NCBI GenBank assembly: GCA_964057225.1
Contig: OZ059896.1
Span: 7,626,001 to 7,690,000 of the forward strand
Direction of reading: 5' to 3'
DNA from: Auanema rhodensis
Taxonomy: Eukaryota; Animalia; Nematoda
DNA: 64,000 nucleotides
This document shows positions 13,606-28,361 of the stretch, in pieces. The notes beneath the pieces are model-generated. The model ran no database searches, was not told where the DNA came from, and saw only the letters and a list, made by a program, of their open reading frames with translations. Each line of letters opens with the position of its first letter. The stretch's first letter is position 1. The position numbers were made by a program, and so were the translations under genes.

Positions 13606-16278
13606 ATGTGGCGGAGAGGAAGCCAATATATACCTGCAGTAAAAACCAATTAAATAAAGTTCTTGCTTATTATTCAATTAAGGTAGCGAAAAGATTATCT
13701 TCTGCCTCTGCTGGCGCTAGACAACTTTATGTTCCTGAGACTAAAGTGACTACATTACCCAGTGGGTTCAGAGTTGCGACAGAAAATACAAATATTCAAA
13801 CAGCTACTGTAAGTTTAATGACAACATGTATTTAAATATGTAGTATAGGTAGGAGTTTGGATTGATGCTGGATCCCGTTATGAACAGGAATACAATAATG
13901 GTACTGCTCATTTTCTTGAACATATGGCATTCAAGGTGAGATAATTTAAAATGAAAGGGAAAGCGTTTTGGTTTGCAGGGAACGTCAAAAAGAACAAGAC
14001 ACGGGCTTGAATTAGAAGTTGAGAATATTGGTGCTCATCTAAATGCTTATACTTCGAGAGAACAAACAGTTTATTATGCAAAATGCTTCAAAAAAGATAT
14101 TGAACAATGTATGTGAGGAAAGAAATGAGACAATTTTCATTTGTATATTTTAGCCGTTGAAATTTTATCTGATATATTGTTGCATAGTGTCCTAGATGAT
14201 AGGGATATCGAAGCTGAACGTAGTGTTATTATTAGGGAAATGCGAGAAGTTGAGCAAAACTTGCAGGTTGAATTATCTCGATTTGGTTTTTTCAAATAAT
14301 TATTTTAGGAAGTAGTTTTTGATCATCTTCATACCGGTGCATTTTCTGGTAATCCTCTTTCAATGACAATTCTTGGGCCAGAAGAGAACATTAAGTAAAA
14401 CAAGTATTTAGTTTTGTCTTTAAAATTTTTATTTTAGTAAGATAAATAAGCGGGATCTACTGAATTATATATCTACTCATTATCGTTCTGGCCGCATGGT
14501 TTTAGCAGCAGCTGGTGGAATAGATCATGATGAGGTATTTTTGATTTTTTTACATTATTTTTACTTTTATTATTATTTTATGCTTTTTCGACTTCTATCA
14601 AATTACTTATTTTATTAGGCTGTACAACTGGCTGAGAAGTATTTTGGTAAATTACCTCTTGGTGATGCTTCTGCTAATTTCCAGCCAGCAGTCTTCACAC
14701 CATGTGAGGTTTGTTTGGTGGGAACGCTTACGTGTTTTACAATTATTTTTAGCTGAATTTCCCTGTAGACGGTATGGGATGCATATACGGTGCTCTTGTA
14801 GTTGAAGGTGTTTCCTGGACCCATGAAGACAATCTTACTCTTATGGTGGCGAACACGGTACGTAGATCAGAAGAGAACTCTATACCATATAGTTTTCAGC
14901 TCTTAGGCGAATTTGATCGAAGTCGTGGTTTTGGAATGACTGCTCCTTCCAGATTAGCTTTACGATTAGGAAGACATGCTGGAGTTCAATCGTTCCAAGC
15001 TTTTAATACTTGTTATAAGGTAATGATCTATCGTAAATATAATTTAAATCTTATTTCTGTTCTGTAGGACACTGGATTAATTGGTGTATATTTCGTTGCT
15101 GAAGAGGAGTCTTCAGAAGCTCTGGTTGATGCTATCACTGAAGAGTGGAAATGGTTGGCTAGTGGTGAGTAGCACAATTCGTGTTGTTCAATTCATATAT
15201 GTTCAATTTTAGCTGTTGATGCAGCAAGTGTTGAGAGAGGAAAGCGAACCCTTCTCACCAATTTATTGCTGATGTTAGATGGATCAACACCTATTTGTGA
15301 AGATATTGGAAGACAGCTGCTTTGTTACGGAAGAAGAATGCCGATCCCGGAATTGGAAGAGAGAATTAAGGTGATTCCTTTAAATACCTTTTGCTGTACA
15401 AGTTGCATAATGCTGAAAATAGACCACAGTTGCGCTAAAAATACACAGCATAAGGTTTTTGAAATATCAAATAGCAGTCGTGTGCACTTCTGGAGAATTG
15501 TGATGTGTTAATGTTTGTACTTAACCTTATCAACACCTTGCATATCGCAGCTTTTAAATACGTAAAATAATTAATCAATAGTGAACACAACTCGGTCACC
15601 CCGTATTACAACATTTCAACAACAGCGCACCTGTTTTCTTATACATGCATCAGATAGTAGAAATGAGCTCTATATCCTAGTTTGCTGAACATTACAACGT
15701 AGGATGGTTATATACAGATTGTCGCAATCCCTTCAATCACACAGTAACATTAAGAAAAACTTTGAAAATCGTTGAAAGTCATAGTAGATCTTTATTACTA
15801 AGAAGATAGCTAATGTTGATAAGGTTTTTAAGAGTGATATATGAAAAACATAAATTAGACAGCTGGAGTGAAGGAAAACAATATTTTTTCAGGCTATTAC
15901 TGTTGATACCGTTCGAGATGTCTGTTATAAACGATTTGTTGGTAGAAAAGTTGCAACTACCGTAGTAGGTGAGTTAAGAATGTATTAGCTGGTTGAACCA
16001 TCTTTTTTAAAAGTTTGTAAATTATATATATATATATATATACAAATCATATTGGGACTTGTCGAAATTTCACTCATATCTAATCTTGTTCCGAAGAACA
16101 ACTTTAGATTTTTCTTAGGTTTGACTCGTTTCCTTATACGATTGTATGAAAGATATGATTTTGTTGCGACTTTATCTTGAAATGATTCTATCATAGTAGT
16201 CAATAATCCAGAGTTATTCCAGGACACACTGGCCGATGGCTAACAAATGAAGATATAGAGAAGAAGCTGTTCAGCTGA
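13606..16278 (+). CDS. mppb-1: Mitochondrial processing peptidase beta subunit (M16 peptidase)
   Basis: [27 protein letters not shown], intact Zn motif [32 protein letters not shown] and [21 protein letters not shown]. Confidence 0.9.
16023..16042. repeat. (TA)n microsatellite in the last mppb-1 intron
   Basis: Run of about 10 TA units. Confidence 0.75.
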
Positions 16279-16567
16279 AAATTGAAATAGAATGTAGGGA
16301 GGAGAGAGTGACAAAGTTGTGAAAGAATGAAAGGACTCGCAGCCGTTATGTGATGCTTGTTTCATTAACACTTCGTACATGTCATCAGCTTTTGTTGTTT
16401 TTTCTTTCGACCTTAACTCCTACCCTTGCATATGATGTATTATAGAGATTGTTATAATGTTATTGTTATATTTTATATGAATTAAATTTTCAATTCAATT
16501 ATGTCTTCTCAGAAGTTATTTTATTCTATTATTCTAGCTTATATTCATAATCCTATAGTATAGTTCT

Positions 16568-19500
16568 ATGCCTGTCCTCCTTCGAGCGACGGGCGCCGGT
16601 TCGCGTCCCACCGGCCCAATAAGACCAACTTCACAGGTTTGTTTTAACGATGAAGATATGAGTATATGGCCCTGAAGGTTCAGGTTTCGAATGATACGTT
16701 GAGAGTTCCACCGGCTGCTAGTAGACGTGTTTCTCAACAATCTGTAACGAACAGTGTTCTCACTGGAACTACTGTTATTCCAGTAAGTTATTCACAATTT
16801 CTGTACTGTACATCTGAAATACTAATGTTTTAAGCTTACTAACATCCTTTTTGTTTCGTTCGTAATGCATAGTCGGATTGATATAACTGTTTTTTATACC
16901 CGTAACTGTCTATAATGTTTTTAATAGGGAGTTCGAAGAACTGTGTCTGGAGCTCCTGCTCCCCAAACATGGAAACAATGGATTCGTCTAGCTTATCGTC
17001 GCTATTATTTAAAAAATCTGCTTCCATTGGTTGTCATTATGTTTTATATGCTTCTTGGATCTTTAATATTCTATTGGCTAGAAGGTTCTTTCGATTCGAA
17101 CAAGAGGAAACTAGCTTACAGACAGTATCAGTAAGTTATATCAATTTTATTTTCATTGTGATTTTTCTCTTGATGCCATGAATAGCTTGAAGCTCAAGGC
17201 ATCATTGGTCCATCAAGAGTTGAAGTGGAATACACCGGAATTCAATGCTTGTCATACTTGTCTACAATGGTGACAACATCTTGAAGGTCCCACAGCGTCA
17301 TTATGCTATGATCCAGAAAATGCTGTAAAGATATCAGTTGGTTTTTGGAAGGATATTGAACATGTGCTTCGTTTTGTGGGTGGGGAAATGCGATATAGGA
17401 GTATGCCTAGCCTTTCTATTAACTGAAGTTGGACAGGTTGGGGTTGAATTAAGTTTGAATAAGGAAAGAAAAATTAGTGCTGTCATCTCTATGAACAGAA
17501 GCTGAAGCGCTTTGTTATATCAGAAGGAGAAAACAGCTGGTAGACACTTTTTCCTGATTTCTCTCTAATTCTTTCATATGATTCAAGATGAAAATAATGA
17601 TAACTTCTGTGCCCGCGACTATGGTTGCAATTTCTGAACATCTGGCTATATTATAACTTTGCAAAAAAAATTTGTATCGTGTGGTTTAACAATAGATATA
17701 TCAATATGTTTATATTACAATATATTATTAGTGTAAGTGTTTGTATAAGAAATTATACTGTTTATATCTATTTTAGTTGGTGTATTTTTGGAGTTTACGA
17801 AAGTTAATTTTCTAGTAGATTCTTCCAACCTCATAAAAAAACTTTTTTTCACACCACGACAACAGTATGACGTAAGGGAGAAGGTGTAATGAGATTTCAG
17901 CTTCTCAAAAAGCTTATAAATGATACGAAACGATAACGGTGTTCAAGTAATTAAATCGTGGACAGCTTGAAGGACTATATTTTGGAAATTCTATCTAAAA
18001 ATATAAATTATTAGCAAAACAGTGCAAGGAGAAAAGAGCTGAAAGACAGAAAAGTATTTTCAATTAAAATTTTTGTTACTCAATACTCGAAATTATGATT
18101 TTCAACATTTTCAGAAAAGAACGAGAGTTTTTCTATCGTAGAGTAGAAGAAATCGTTCAAGATCAAGCATTAACGACACGTGTTTCTCGAAAAAGAGCGA
18201 TTCTTGATGCTGTCACGTATTTTGAAAAGAACATCGGATTTTCGGTAAGTTTTATCTTTTATTATTTCAATCAAATGCAATAATCATAAATCATTTTACA
18301 GATTTCTCCACAGTCACCTTGGGATCTCATGACAGCTATGTACTATTCCGGTACACTGTTTACTACCATTGGTCAGTTTTTACTTGAAATTTTGAGAAAA
18401 AGGTTCTTCTTTGTAGGATATGGAGATATAGCATGTGTAACTACAGCTGGAAGAATTCTGACTGTCATTTACTCTTGCGTTGGAATACCATTAATGCTTA
18501 TTACCTTGAATGACTTAGGAAAATTTTTATACAATAATATCAATGGATGTGTGAAAGTAGTGCTTTACCATCGGGCTTTATGATAATTTTCATATTTTTT
18601 AGAAAATTGATTCTACTTATTTGGGAGTTGTACGCTTATGTAAAATTCCATTTCAGTCTCAAGCTCCAGATGCGGTAAATTTGATTAAAAAAATCTTTGA
18701 TAACCTCTATTTTCATTATAATATTTAGGTTGATATGATAGAACGAGGTGATGGATGTGCAGCTGATGTGTCATCTCTTGCTTCTGAAATAGGTTCTGAT
18801 CATGCAGACGATGATCTAGAGGACGAAGAGTTAGGTCGACAGGCGCCACGAATGAGTGTTAAAGTACCTTAATTGAAAAAGAAATTTTATGTTCAAAATG
18901 ATATTGTTTGAAGGTAGCTTTGGGAATTACAATCGGATGGATCTTTTTCTGTTCTTTCTTATTCCGTTTGTGGGAAGATTGGACTTATGGAGAAAGTTTA
19001 TACTTCATGTACATTTCTCTGTCAACTATTGGTCTTGGTGATATTTCTGTTGTACGAAGAGAGTACGTTTTCTTGAATAATTTTCAAAGAGGAAGAACAT
19101 TTATTTTAGTATGATGGTATTATGCTTCGCTTTTGTTATTGTTGGGTTGTCACTTGTCAGTATGTGCATTAATGTTGTTCAGGTATTCAATTTCTAGTAC
19201 AAACTTTTAAGATTTAATAAGAGTTTTAGGTTGCTTTAGAAGATTTCTATATCAATATGATGATGAAATTGATTATGGAATATCAAGAAAAAATGGCTGC
19301 AGGTATTCTACTACATACTTATTAGATTCTAAATATTAAAAAATATATAATAGGAGGAGATAGAATGGGTGCTTCTGTTGGAATGATGAAGATGTGGGGA
19401 AATAATAAGAAAGCCAAATACCTTATGCCCCTTTTAAGGTATTTACCTCTATTTCAAGCATATACTAAACTTTAGAATAAAAATAGAAATGTAATCAATA

Positions 19501-21320
19501 AAAGTATTTTGATCTTAAAAAAAAATAACTAAATTACTGATTTTGACATAAAACTTTATTTTTATTATGCAGTCTTCTTTCAAAACATATAGAAAATATA
19601 ATTAATAACGCTCTATAATATATTTTGGATTTGTTTTAGTAAAGAAAAGAAGAAAGTTGCTATGGAAAGAGTAGAAGTTGAAGCAAAAAGTCAAGGATTA
19701 GAAGTACCATCAATACTAACTGATTTGGATGATAAAACTGGTTCGCAAACATTTTCAATGGTTTTTCTGGTTTAATCTTTGGAATATTTTGTATAGGAAT
19801 GCCAAAACTCTTGTGTATTGAAGAAAAGGAAGACGAAAGTGCTTTGGAATTAGAAGCTATGGTTCAAAAACAAGTATATCTTTTAAAATTATGTTTTTAT
19901 ATACATTTTGTTTCATAGATTTTGGATGAAGAAGCCGCTTTAGAGCCAATATTTATGGCTCATGATTCTGAAACACAAACAGAAGCCATTTCCTCGTAAA
20001 AAGATTGTTGTGATAAAACGTTCATCTAATTAAGTATTTCAGTGCTGAGAAAATGGAACAAACTATGGACACGCCGATATCGGAGGAAGGAACTCAAACG
20101 GAATCAGAAGAAAAAACAGAAACTGGAGAAGTTGAAACACAAACTGAGACAATTCAAGCTTCAACCAGTAATGCTGAAATCCAAACAGTTAAAGCAGACA
20201 CGTCTGATGCTGATACTATCACTATATCGGAGCCAACAGTTGTATGTTCCTTTATTCGAACTATTTTTATATTTTTATATCATATATTCCTTTCATAATC
20301 CCTTAGACATCAAAAATCTATTGAGCTTGAGGGTGAATGAAAAAATTGTTTAAAAGCATCTGAACATGCTATGTCTAATTGAAAAGATAGAAATAGAATA
20401 TGTAATGAAATTTCTCTTTATCTAATACAGAGTTCATGAATTTTGTAATTAGACGTTCATCATTTAAAAAAAAATTTAAAAAGACGAAAGTTTCTAATTT
20501 TTCATATTTTTAGGAAGAATATAGTCAAACAGATGAACAACAGATTTGTGATCAAGAAGTACAAACGTATCTTGCTGAGTTATGTGATGCACAAACAGGT
20601 CTCACTTTTAATATTTATTAATTAAAATAAATATTTTAGGTATTGAGATTGAAACCAAGAGCATACGTATTCAAACACCTAGTCCACAAATTGAACAGAA
20701 AACTATTCAAACAGAAGATCTTGTACTAAACTTAATTATATATTAATATTGATTATATATATACTTTAGGAAGAAAGAAAGTCTCCTTCTAAAATGTCTG
20801 AAGCGAAGAAACGGCTGAGACGAGCATTTGCAAAGCCATCTAAACAACGCTCACTGGAACCTGCAATGAGTGATTGGAAGGTAATCTATTAGAAATATTT
20901 AGTATAACGATTTCAACAAAACCTCTCAATAATCAAGTAAAATAATAACAAAAGTTATTCCTGATCCTCTTGTTTTGCTCTGTTAATGAAAACCTGATTT
21001 CATTTTTTTTATAACCCAGATGATTCACATCATCAATAAGTCAAATCTGTAGACAAATGAATTATAATTCAAAACAATATATAGTTGCGTTTCAAATATC
21101 ATATAATGATCAGAAAATATATATTGAAGATATCATGGGATTTATGTCCAGATTAACAGAATACCAGGCTTTCAATGACGATTATCCTAACTTAAATATA
21201 CTAATTTAACTGATGAATATTATTATTTACATATATACAATTCTAAATTTTTCTTTTATTTTCATTTTATTTGGTTAATATAGGATTCTATAACATTTAT
21301 TGTTTTAGGAAGTTGTTGTT

Positions 21321-21351
<31 letters not shown>

Positions 21352-22258
21352 GAACATCCAATCAGGAAGAAGTAGAAGATGAAGGTTCAGTTGAATCTTT
21401 ACATTGGGATCCCGTAAGTATACATTTCGAAAATCAATCCTTTCACCTGAAATCGAAAGAATAGCAGTTTTAATGGTCTAAGAACTGTTTTTGTAATGCC
21501 AACGTCATGGTCTATTCCTTTTAATTGGTTATCAAAAAAGTACAGAAAGTGTATAGAATCGAGAGAGAAAAATACCGGTTATTTGTTTGTCGATTCTGTC
21601 CAGAAAAAAACAAGTTGAATTTCCTCATGTTTTTTAACAGATACTGCTAATTTTTTGATCTTTTTTTCACTTTAAAAGATTTTATATCGAATAGCAAATC
21701 ATTGTTGTTTCGATACAAATACTAAAATTATCTAGAAAAGATGCATTATTAAGACATAGCATAATAGAAATTAGTTCTAAATATAATAATATAATAATAG
21801 TTTGATGATATGTACGTAGATAAGAAAACAAGAATATAGTTTCTATGTACTGTTTTCTTGCTAATTTGCTTCAAAATATTTCTAAAAAGGACGAAAGTAC
21901 TAAATATAATACTTTTCTCCACTCAATAATTATTTATTTATTCTATAAAGTGATGTTCAAACATTATATTATATGAGATATATACCTTAATCAATAGAGA
22001 ATATACATATGTATATACTACTCATGACATTTTTTGAATAAAACAAGAATTTTAGAATGTTTTTATCACAAATTAAATGATAAATAAGCCAAAACAATAC
22101 TTCTTTTGATAAATATAGAAAAATATTTTGTTCAAGTAAATAATGAAAATAATATCTTGCAGGTTGATGGTATGCATGCAGAAAAACAGTTACCTGTATC
22201 ACGATTGAAGGATATGTTTGATAAGAATTTCCAGGATTCCAAGAAACGTTTCGAGTGA
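16568..22258 (+). CDS. TWiK-family two-pore-domain K+ channel with a long acidic C-terminal tail; a possible alternative last exon extends to ~22633
   Basis: M1 LLPLVVIMFYMLLGSLIFYWLEG; P1 MYYSGTLFTTIGYGDI; P2 YFMYISLSTIGLGDI; four transmembrane segments. Confidence 0.9.
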
Positions 22259-24262
22259 ATTTTAGTTTCATTTTGTTTTCATTTATTTTGATTTTGATTT
22301 TGGATATTTCCTAAAGGAAATGTTTAATAGTTATATTGGTGCTTAGCTTGAAAAGCTGCTGTCCTTTGGTCCAGTTGATCGTTTCATGCCGATTTGGGTA
22401 GAGAACCGAAACAAGCGCTACTAACATGTCAAATATACTAGTCTTTCTTCTTTTCAATAACTTTTGTTTTTTCTAATTTATAATATTTTGTGGTTGTTGC
22501 TGCATGTGATCGGGTCCCCATTACCCTCTGTTGCTTTTCAGACATCGTGGACGTAAATACTCATCATTCAAGAAGAAACAAGAATGCTCACGTACACGTA
22601 AGAGCTCCGAATAAGTCAAGAAAAAAGCTTTAAGCTTTTAAAATTTATCTGTAAAAATTGATATCATATCCCATTTTCAACTGATACCTCGATGTCTGTT
22701 GTTAACTTGTTTCTTATTCTGTTGTATTTGTGGCCCAAAATTCCGTTCGAAGCTCATTTAATTTCAATTAAAACAATTAATCCAAACTAATTTTGATAGA
22801 GATTTATTGTGATCAAGAACGTTTCCTACTTTTTCTCTTCATCATATTAGCCCTTCAAAGTATCAATCTCACAGTGATTAACTTATAATTTTTGAAAAAA
22901 AAGGTTGTCTGGTCTCATTCATCAAATTCTTTTCAATCAATTTATTCCCCATGTTTAGTTATAAATAACTTACTTACTTGCTTGAATGATGTTTAGTTTC
23001 CTGAGACGAAAAGAGAGTAAAGTATCCCAACACCAGTTAACCGTCTGTTATTCTGGTCTTCACTAGCACTCTGGAAATTCGTCATTTTTCTCCTCATTTT
23101 AACGCTTGCCCCCCTCTCTACCTGCCCCTCTACCCAGTCCGGCTCACAAATCTGCCTTCTGAAATAACCTGTCTGCTTATACATCTCAAACATGCCTAAA
23201 AGTAAACTTAATTTCAATTCAATATACATAGATTGCAGAGAAAAAATTATGTTCTCCTTGTGTATTTTATAGTCTATTTTTTGTTTTTATTTTCTTGTTT
23301 TTTTTCTCATTATCGGATTGCCATTTAATAAAAGAAAAACTGTCAATGTTCTCATTTTATTTCATTCAAACATACACCGTCAGCTATTCAAACATTCGTT
23401 CACTATTATTTCAAATACAAATGAATTCTGTCATTAAAATTGAGCTTTCATATACAATTTTTCGCCATGTTTTTCCTGTTAGCTTGATGTACAATGATGT
23501 TTTCAGCGTTGTAGGTAAAACCTTCGAGCGTTCATTTTGAATATTCATTTGATATAAGTTTGTCTTTCAATTTCTCCATAAATTTAGAACTTTACATATG
23601 TAGAATACAAAATATATCATAATTTTTATATGAATACAAATATAATTTATTTTTAAAATTGAGGTATAATAGCTGTAATGTTTAAGCATATTTAACATCT
23701 ATTCTTTTCAACAACTTATCCTTTTTACCTTAATAGGTTTAAAATGTTGAGAAAAATACCTTATTTACTGCTATGTCGTGATTTTACTTTGCTTTCGCTT
23801 CAAACATATTTTCGTTGATTTGCTCATGCGGGTATTAAAACCAAGAACGGAAAGCATTCCTCTCTTGAATGACTCCACAACAGTTCAATTCAAAAAAAAG
23901 AGAGAGAATGAAAGAAAAGAAAGAGCCGTTGGATAGAGTATCGAGTTTAAGAACCTCATCTAGATGCTAGTGAAAATGAGGAATTTGACGACGGGAGTTA
24001 CTCATGGAGCCATTCACACATCTTTTCGTTTCATCTTCTGCTCATTTTCTAACGTTTCTTACTTTATTTTATAAATTTAATTATTCTTTCGAATAACCCT
24101 TTCACTTATATCAGTCTTTTGTTAATTTTCAAAAGACAAACACATTGATAGAGGCACTAGTAGACCAATATAACTCCTCCCATTTTTGCCCCTCCCCTTT
24201 TGGCTCTCTTTTCGTCTGAAGAAGGTAAACGACTTGTATAGACAGATTGGTGCCGCTTGACA

Positions 24263-27054
24263 ATGCTTCGAGTAACTTCTCTTTTCGTTTGCTCCCTACT
24301 TCTAACACTTCCAAATGCTGAGGCCGGATTTTTCGATGACATCTCAGGTAAGCTAAATGTTTCATTTGGTAAAAAATATTAAATATAATATCGTTGTGAA
24401 GAGAATATTCTATATTTTTCTTTATTTTACTCACACACATTCTCATTTATATGGTTAGCACAAGAGTTTTTGAAAAGATTTTCTATACAATGGTACGAAA
24501 AATCCTGAATGAATATGAAAGTGTATACGAATAAGTGTAGAGATGTAGAGAAATGATGTTGTAGAGTAATAGAGAAAAGCTTGTATTTCTGTTCCAGTTT
24601 CACCTATAGGCTGTTTTGAAGAGTTCTCATACTGAACTAATTATTAGATTGTGAATTTGGAACCGTCACAATGACAAAAGACTTTTCAACTAAGTTTGAG
24701 CAGTGTAATGGAGATAGTATTCTTTAAGCTTCACGCATAACTTGAAATAGATTTAAGCTTTTCAAGTAAAAAAACAGCTTTTCAACAACAATTGTCGTCA
24801 ATTGTTAATTTTACTCGCACTGCGAGAAGTACTGACAACTGTGATTTGAAATCTCAAACCCTTTTTTTTGAAAATGTGTTGCAAACAAACATTATAATAA
24901 TGATTTTAAATTCAAACTTTAATGGATTTCAAGTTGTAACGGAGCCCATGAGAAAGTTGTAAATTGTAGCTAGATTGATCACATCAGTTCTCAGTTGACT
25001 GCTATTTGAGAATAAAAAATATAAAAGCTTCCTTAGAAGGAAACAGACAACCAGAAATGTCACTCATACTCAATGTTTCATGTTCTCTTAGGGATTTCTT
25101 TCTCATAGCAGCTAAAAAACGAAAAAAAATGATAGATTGATCATAGGTCATAGTTATTTTCCAAATAATAAAGAAAATAAATTTAAATACATAAATATTA
25201 ATAAAATTTAATCAATAAATTATAATTAGATTATTTTATTTTTTTTTAGGTATGGCCTCAGATGTTGGAGATTTCTTTACCAAACAATTCAACTCAGCTA
25301 AAGATTTATTCGCAGGAAACCAAAACGTAAGTTGAAACTAAACTGAATAAACATAACAATCAAGATTCGTTTCTATTAAATTTGACCTTTGGTAAAATAT
25401 GCTAAAAATTGGAAAATCTACCAGAATCATCTTGATATATTAGACTTAAATGTCCCCTCCGGCTTTCCTTTCATGGTTTCTGTCATTGGCATAGAAATGC
25501 TTCTCATTAGTCAAACTGATGGTAACAGCTGCCAGCCAATAGACGAATAGCAAGCTGCTTGTGCTACAGATTTAGCTAAACTAGGGCTTATGGCCACTCT
25601 TGAGGGATCATACATGTCAAGCAAACGATTTCGAAAATTTGCAAATGCCTAGCTAAATCAAATTTCATAGACTGAAACGCCATATGGTGTTTGTTGTTGA
25701 CAAGAAAAGATTGAATAGTTTTGATATTTTCATGATTGTTTTCCAAGGCTATGATCATAAAAGACAGAAATGAGCGTATTATTTTGAAACAAGATAGTTA
25801 CAGAGAGAGAGTCAACTAGTTTTTCACAAATATTCAACGAAAACGTGTATGCTCTTCATCTGTAAGCATTTGTTTAAATGTGAAAAAAAAGTACAAAGAG
25901 AAAGTGAAGTAAAACTATCAATGATGGGCCAGGTTATTATACTCATAACAGGTTAGAACATAAAAATAAACAATTTGACAGACATATTCTTATTGTTGAT
26001 TCATCATATATCATATTATGATAGATAGATCAATTGTTTTCATAATATTATTCATTATTTTCAGGAACTTGAACAAAATATTAACCGTGTAAAGGATCTT
26101 CTTACAGCTCTTAAGGATAAGGCTAAAGTTCGTTTATATATCTTTCATTTATATATTTTTACAATTCAAAAAATATAGTACGAAAAGATAATTTTTGAAA
26201 TGTTCATTGGAAACAAACATCTTTGACCAAAGTCATCAAATTTCTCCTCATTTGTCACAATCGAGGGACTTGACTAGAACTTGTCAATTGAGCGACATGT
26301 CTTCATTTGAAAATAATTCGATAACATTTGTTGGCCAAAGATTTCCAAAAATTCTACTGAATTTCTTGCTCCAAAAATCAATTTCAAGAATAAAAATGCT
26401 TTTGATGACATATTTTCATTATAAAATTGGAAGAGGATATTATAAATAGTTCGGTATAAACGAATTTTCGATGTAGAACGAAACAAAAGTTTCTCAATCA
26501 GACACATTCTCTCCTAATCACAATCTAGTCAAGACAATGCTTTTTCTGGCAATTTCGGAACATCATCTGTACTTATTTGATTTGAGGAACTTTATCAAAA
26601 AAACTTTCTAGAAGGCATTAGGCGAAACGAAGAAATTGAGAATTCAAGGCTGCACATTCGAAAAAAAGATTAAAACTATTTCTATTTTCAGACATTGGAG
26701 CCACTTGCTAGTGATGCTCAGAAAGAAACATTATCCAAGGTTAATGATTATTTGGGAGAAATTGAGAAATTCCAAACTACCGTAAGTTTTACTTATTTCC
26801 AACAAATAAAAAATTACAATCTTACAGGTAAAAACTGAGGGCCAAAATGCCTTTGAAGCCAACAAAGGAAAATGGCAAGAAATGGTTAGCAGAATCTTTG
26901 AAACCGGAGGTCTTCAAGACGTTATGAAATTGCTCAATGTTAAGTCCGCTGGACAGGTATATCTCTAAATATTATTAAAGAATTAATCCACTTTTTCTAG
27001 TTCTCTCTTGCAATTGCCGCCGTTATCCCAGTCGTCATGCTTCTCTTCCGTTAA
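24263..27054 (+). CDS. Small secreted, possibly GPI-anchored alpha-helical protein, 6 exons
   Basis: Signal peptide MLRVTSLFVCSLLLTLPNAEA followed by GFFDDISG, an amphipathic helical body (ELEQNINRVKDLLTALKDKAK) and a hydrophobic end KSAGQFSLAIAAVIPVVMLLFR*. Confidence 0.8.
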
Positions 27055-27484
27055 GCAGATAATAATATAATATATACCTAAGTTTTTTCTAATTATCTTC
27101 TCTATTTAGTTCGATTTTTTTTGTAAAATAAATAAACATTTTTTAACAAATCGGTTTCACAACATATTGCTATTCATTAAAGAAAAACATCGTCTTGTTG
27201 AAACAACCGAATGGTCCTTCAAAATATTTATGTTTTTGTTTTAACTCCGAAGATCACAGCATGAGACTATCTTGTATTAAAAGAGATTTTCTTCATTACT
27301 GAAACAGCTTACATATTCGACAACATTCCCTATTGAATATTCGCCTTGATTTCATCACGAGGTGTTTTTCCATAAATTTATTGACAACAAAGCAACAGTT
27401 AACACAACAAATGAATAGTTCAACATCTAAACATGAATTCTAAAAGCCTATAGAAACAGATCACAATAAAGTCATGAAGTTGGC

Positions 27485-28350
27485 TTAATTATCAACAGTA
27501 CAACCGAATGTTTCAGTAAAAGAGTTTACCATAGCTTTTAATGCTTCATCAGGACTAATATCTCGGGAACATTCTTTTGATAACGAAGTAGTTTCCACAC
27601 CTTCAATACCACATCCGACAATCTGACCATAAAACTGATTAGAACAGAAGAAAAAGAAAACACCAACATGATCAAACCAAGATAAATCAGTGTTACAATT
27701 CAAAGCTAAGCCATGATGAGTAACACCATGAGAAACATTAATCCCAATAGCAGCAATTTTTCTAATCTTATTTACCCATACACCTGTATGTTCAGTTGTG
27801 CCAACATTCAGTATTCCGAAACTATTCGTGGCACACGATATAATGGCCTGAGAGGGAAAATTAACGAGTATAATTAAATTTAAAATAAAGTACCTGTTCT
27901 ATGGAACTTACAAAAGTTCGGACACCATGAGGTTTGTTTGAGATTGCTTGCAAATTGAAAATGGGATATAGGACAAGTTGACCAGGTCCATGAAATGTGA
28001 TCAAACCTCCGCGCGAAGTTCTAAACAATGATCTTATCTAATATAATTAATTTTTGGCAAACCAACCTATGAAAATCAGCGCCTAAGGATTTTAAACGTC
28101 TCTCTTCTTCAGCTGTATAGAGTTTTGATCGTATGCCAACAGTATAAACAGGATGATGTTCCAAAGCTAATAAAAAATTTCTACAAAAATAAACGATAAA
28201 TGTTTAAAAATATAGAACGACTTACTTTGACTGATTATTAATTTTACAGGCCTTAGCAATATTCAAATAATGCGTTTGTTGCTTCAACCCCTCTTCATAT
28301 GATATTCTACCTAATTTGACTACTTGAAAGGAATACTTAGGATTTCTCAT
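27485..28350 (-). CDS. LIPT2: Octanoyl-[ACP]:protein N-octanoyltransferase (LipB/LIPT2)
   Basis: LALEHHPVYTVGIR, RTSRGGLITFHGPGQLVLYPI, TGVWV..RKIAAIG, THHGLALNC and IVGCG. Confidence 0.92.
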
Positions 28351-28361
28351 TATTTCTATAT

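Noticed and set aside
17170-17560. GC-richer intronic block in the TWK gene, considered as a transposon relic or nested gene
   Set aside because: The frames examined contain stops, and no terminal repeats or transposase/RT motifs were recognised
24157-24446. Minus-strand ORFs of 61 and 105 aa
   Set aside because: They are shadows of the plus-strand signal-peptide exon of the gene at 24263-27054
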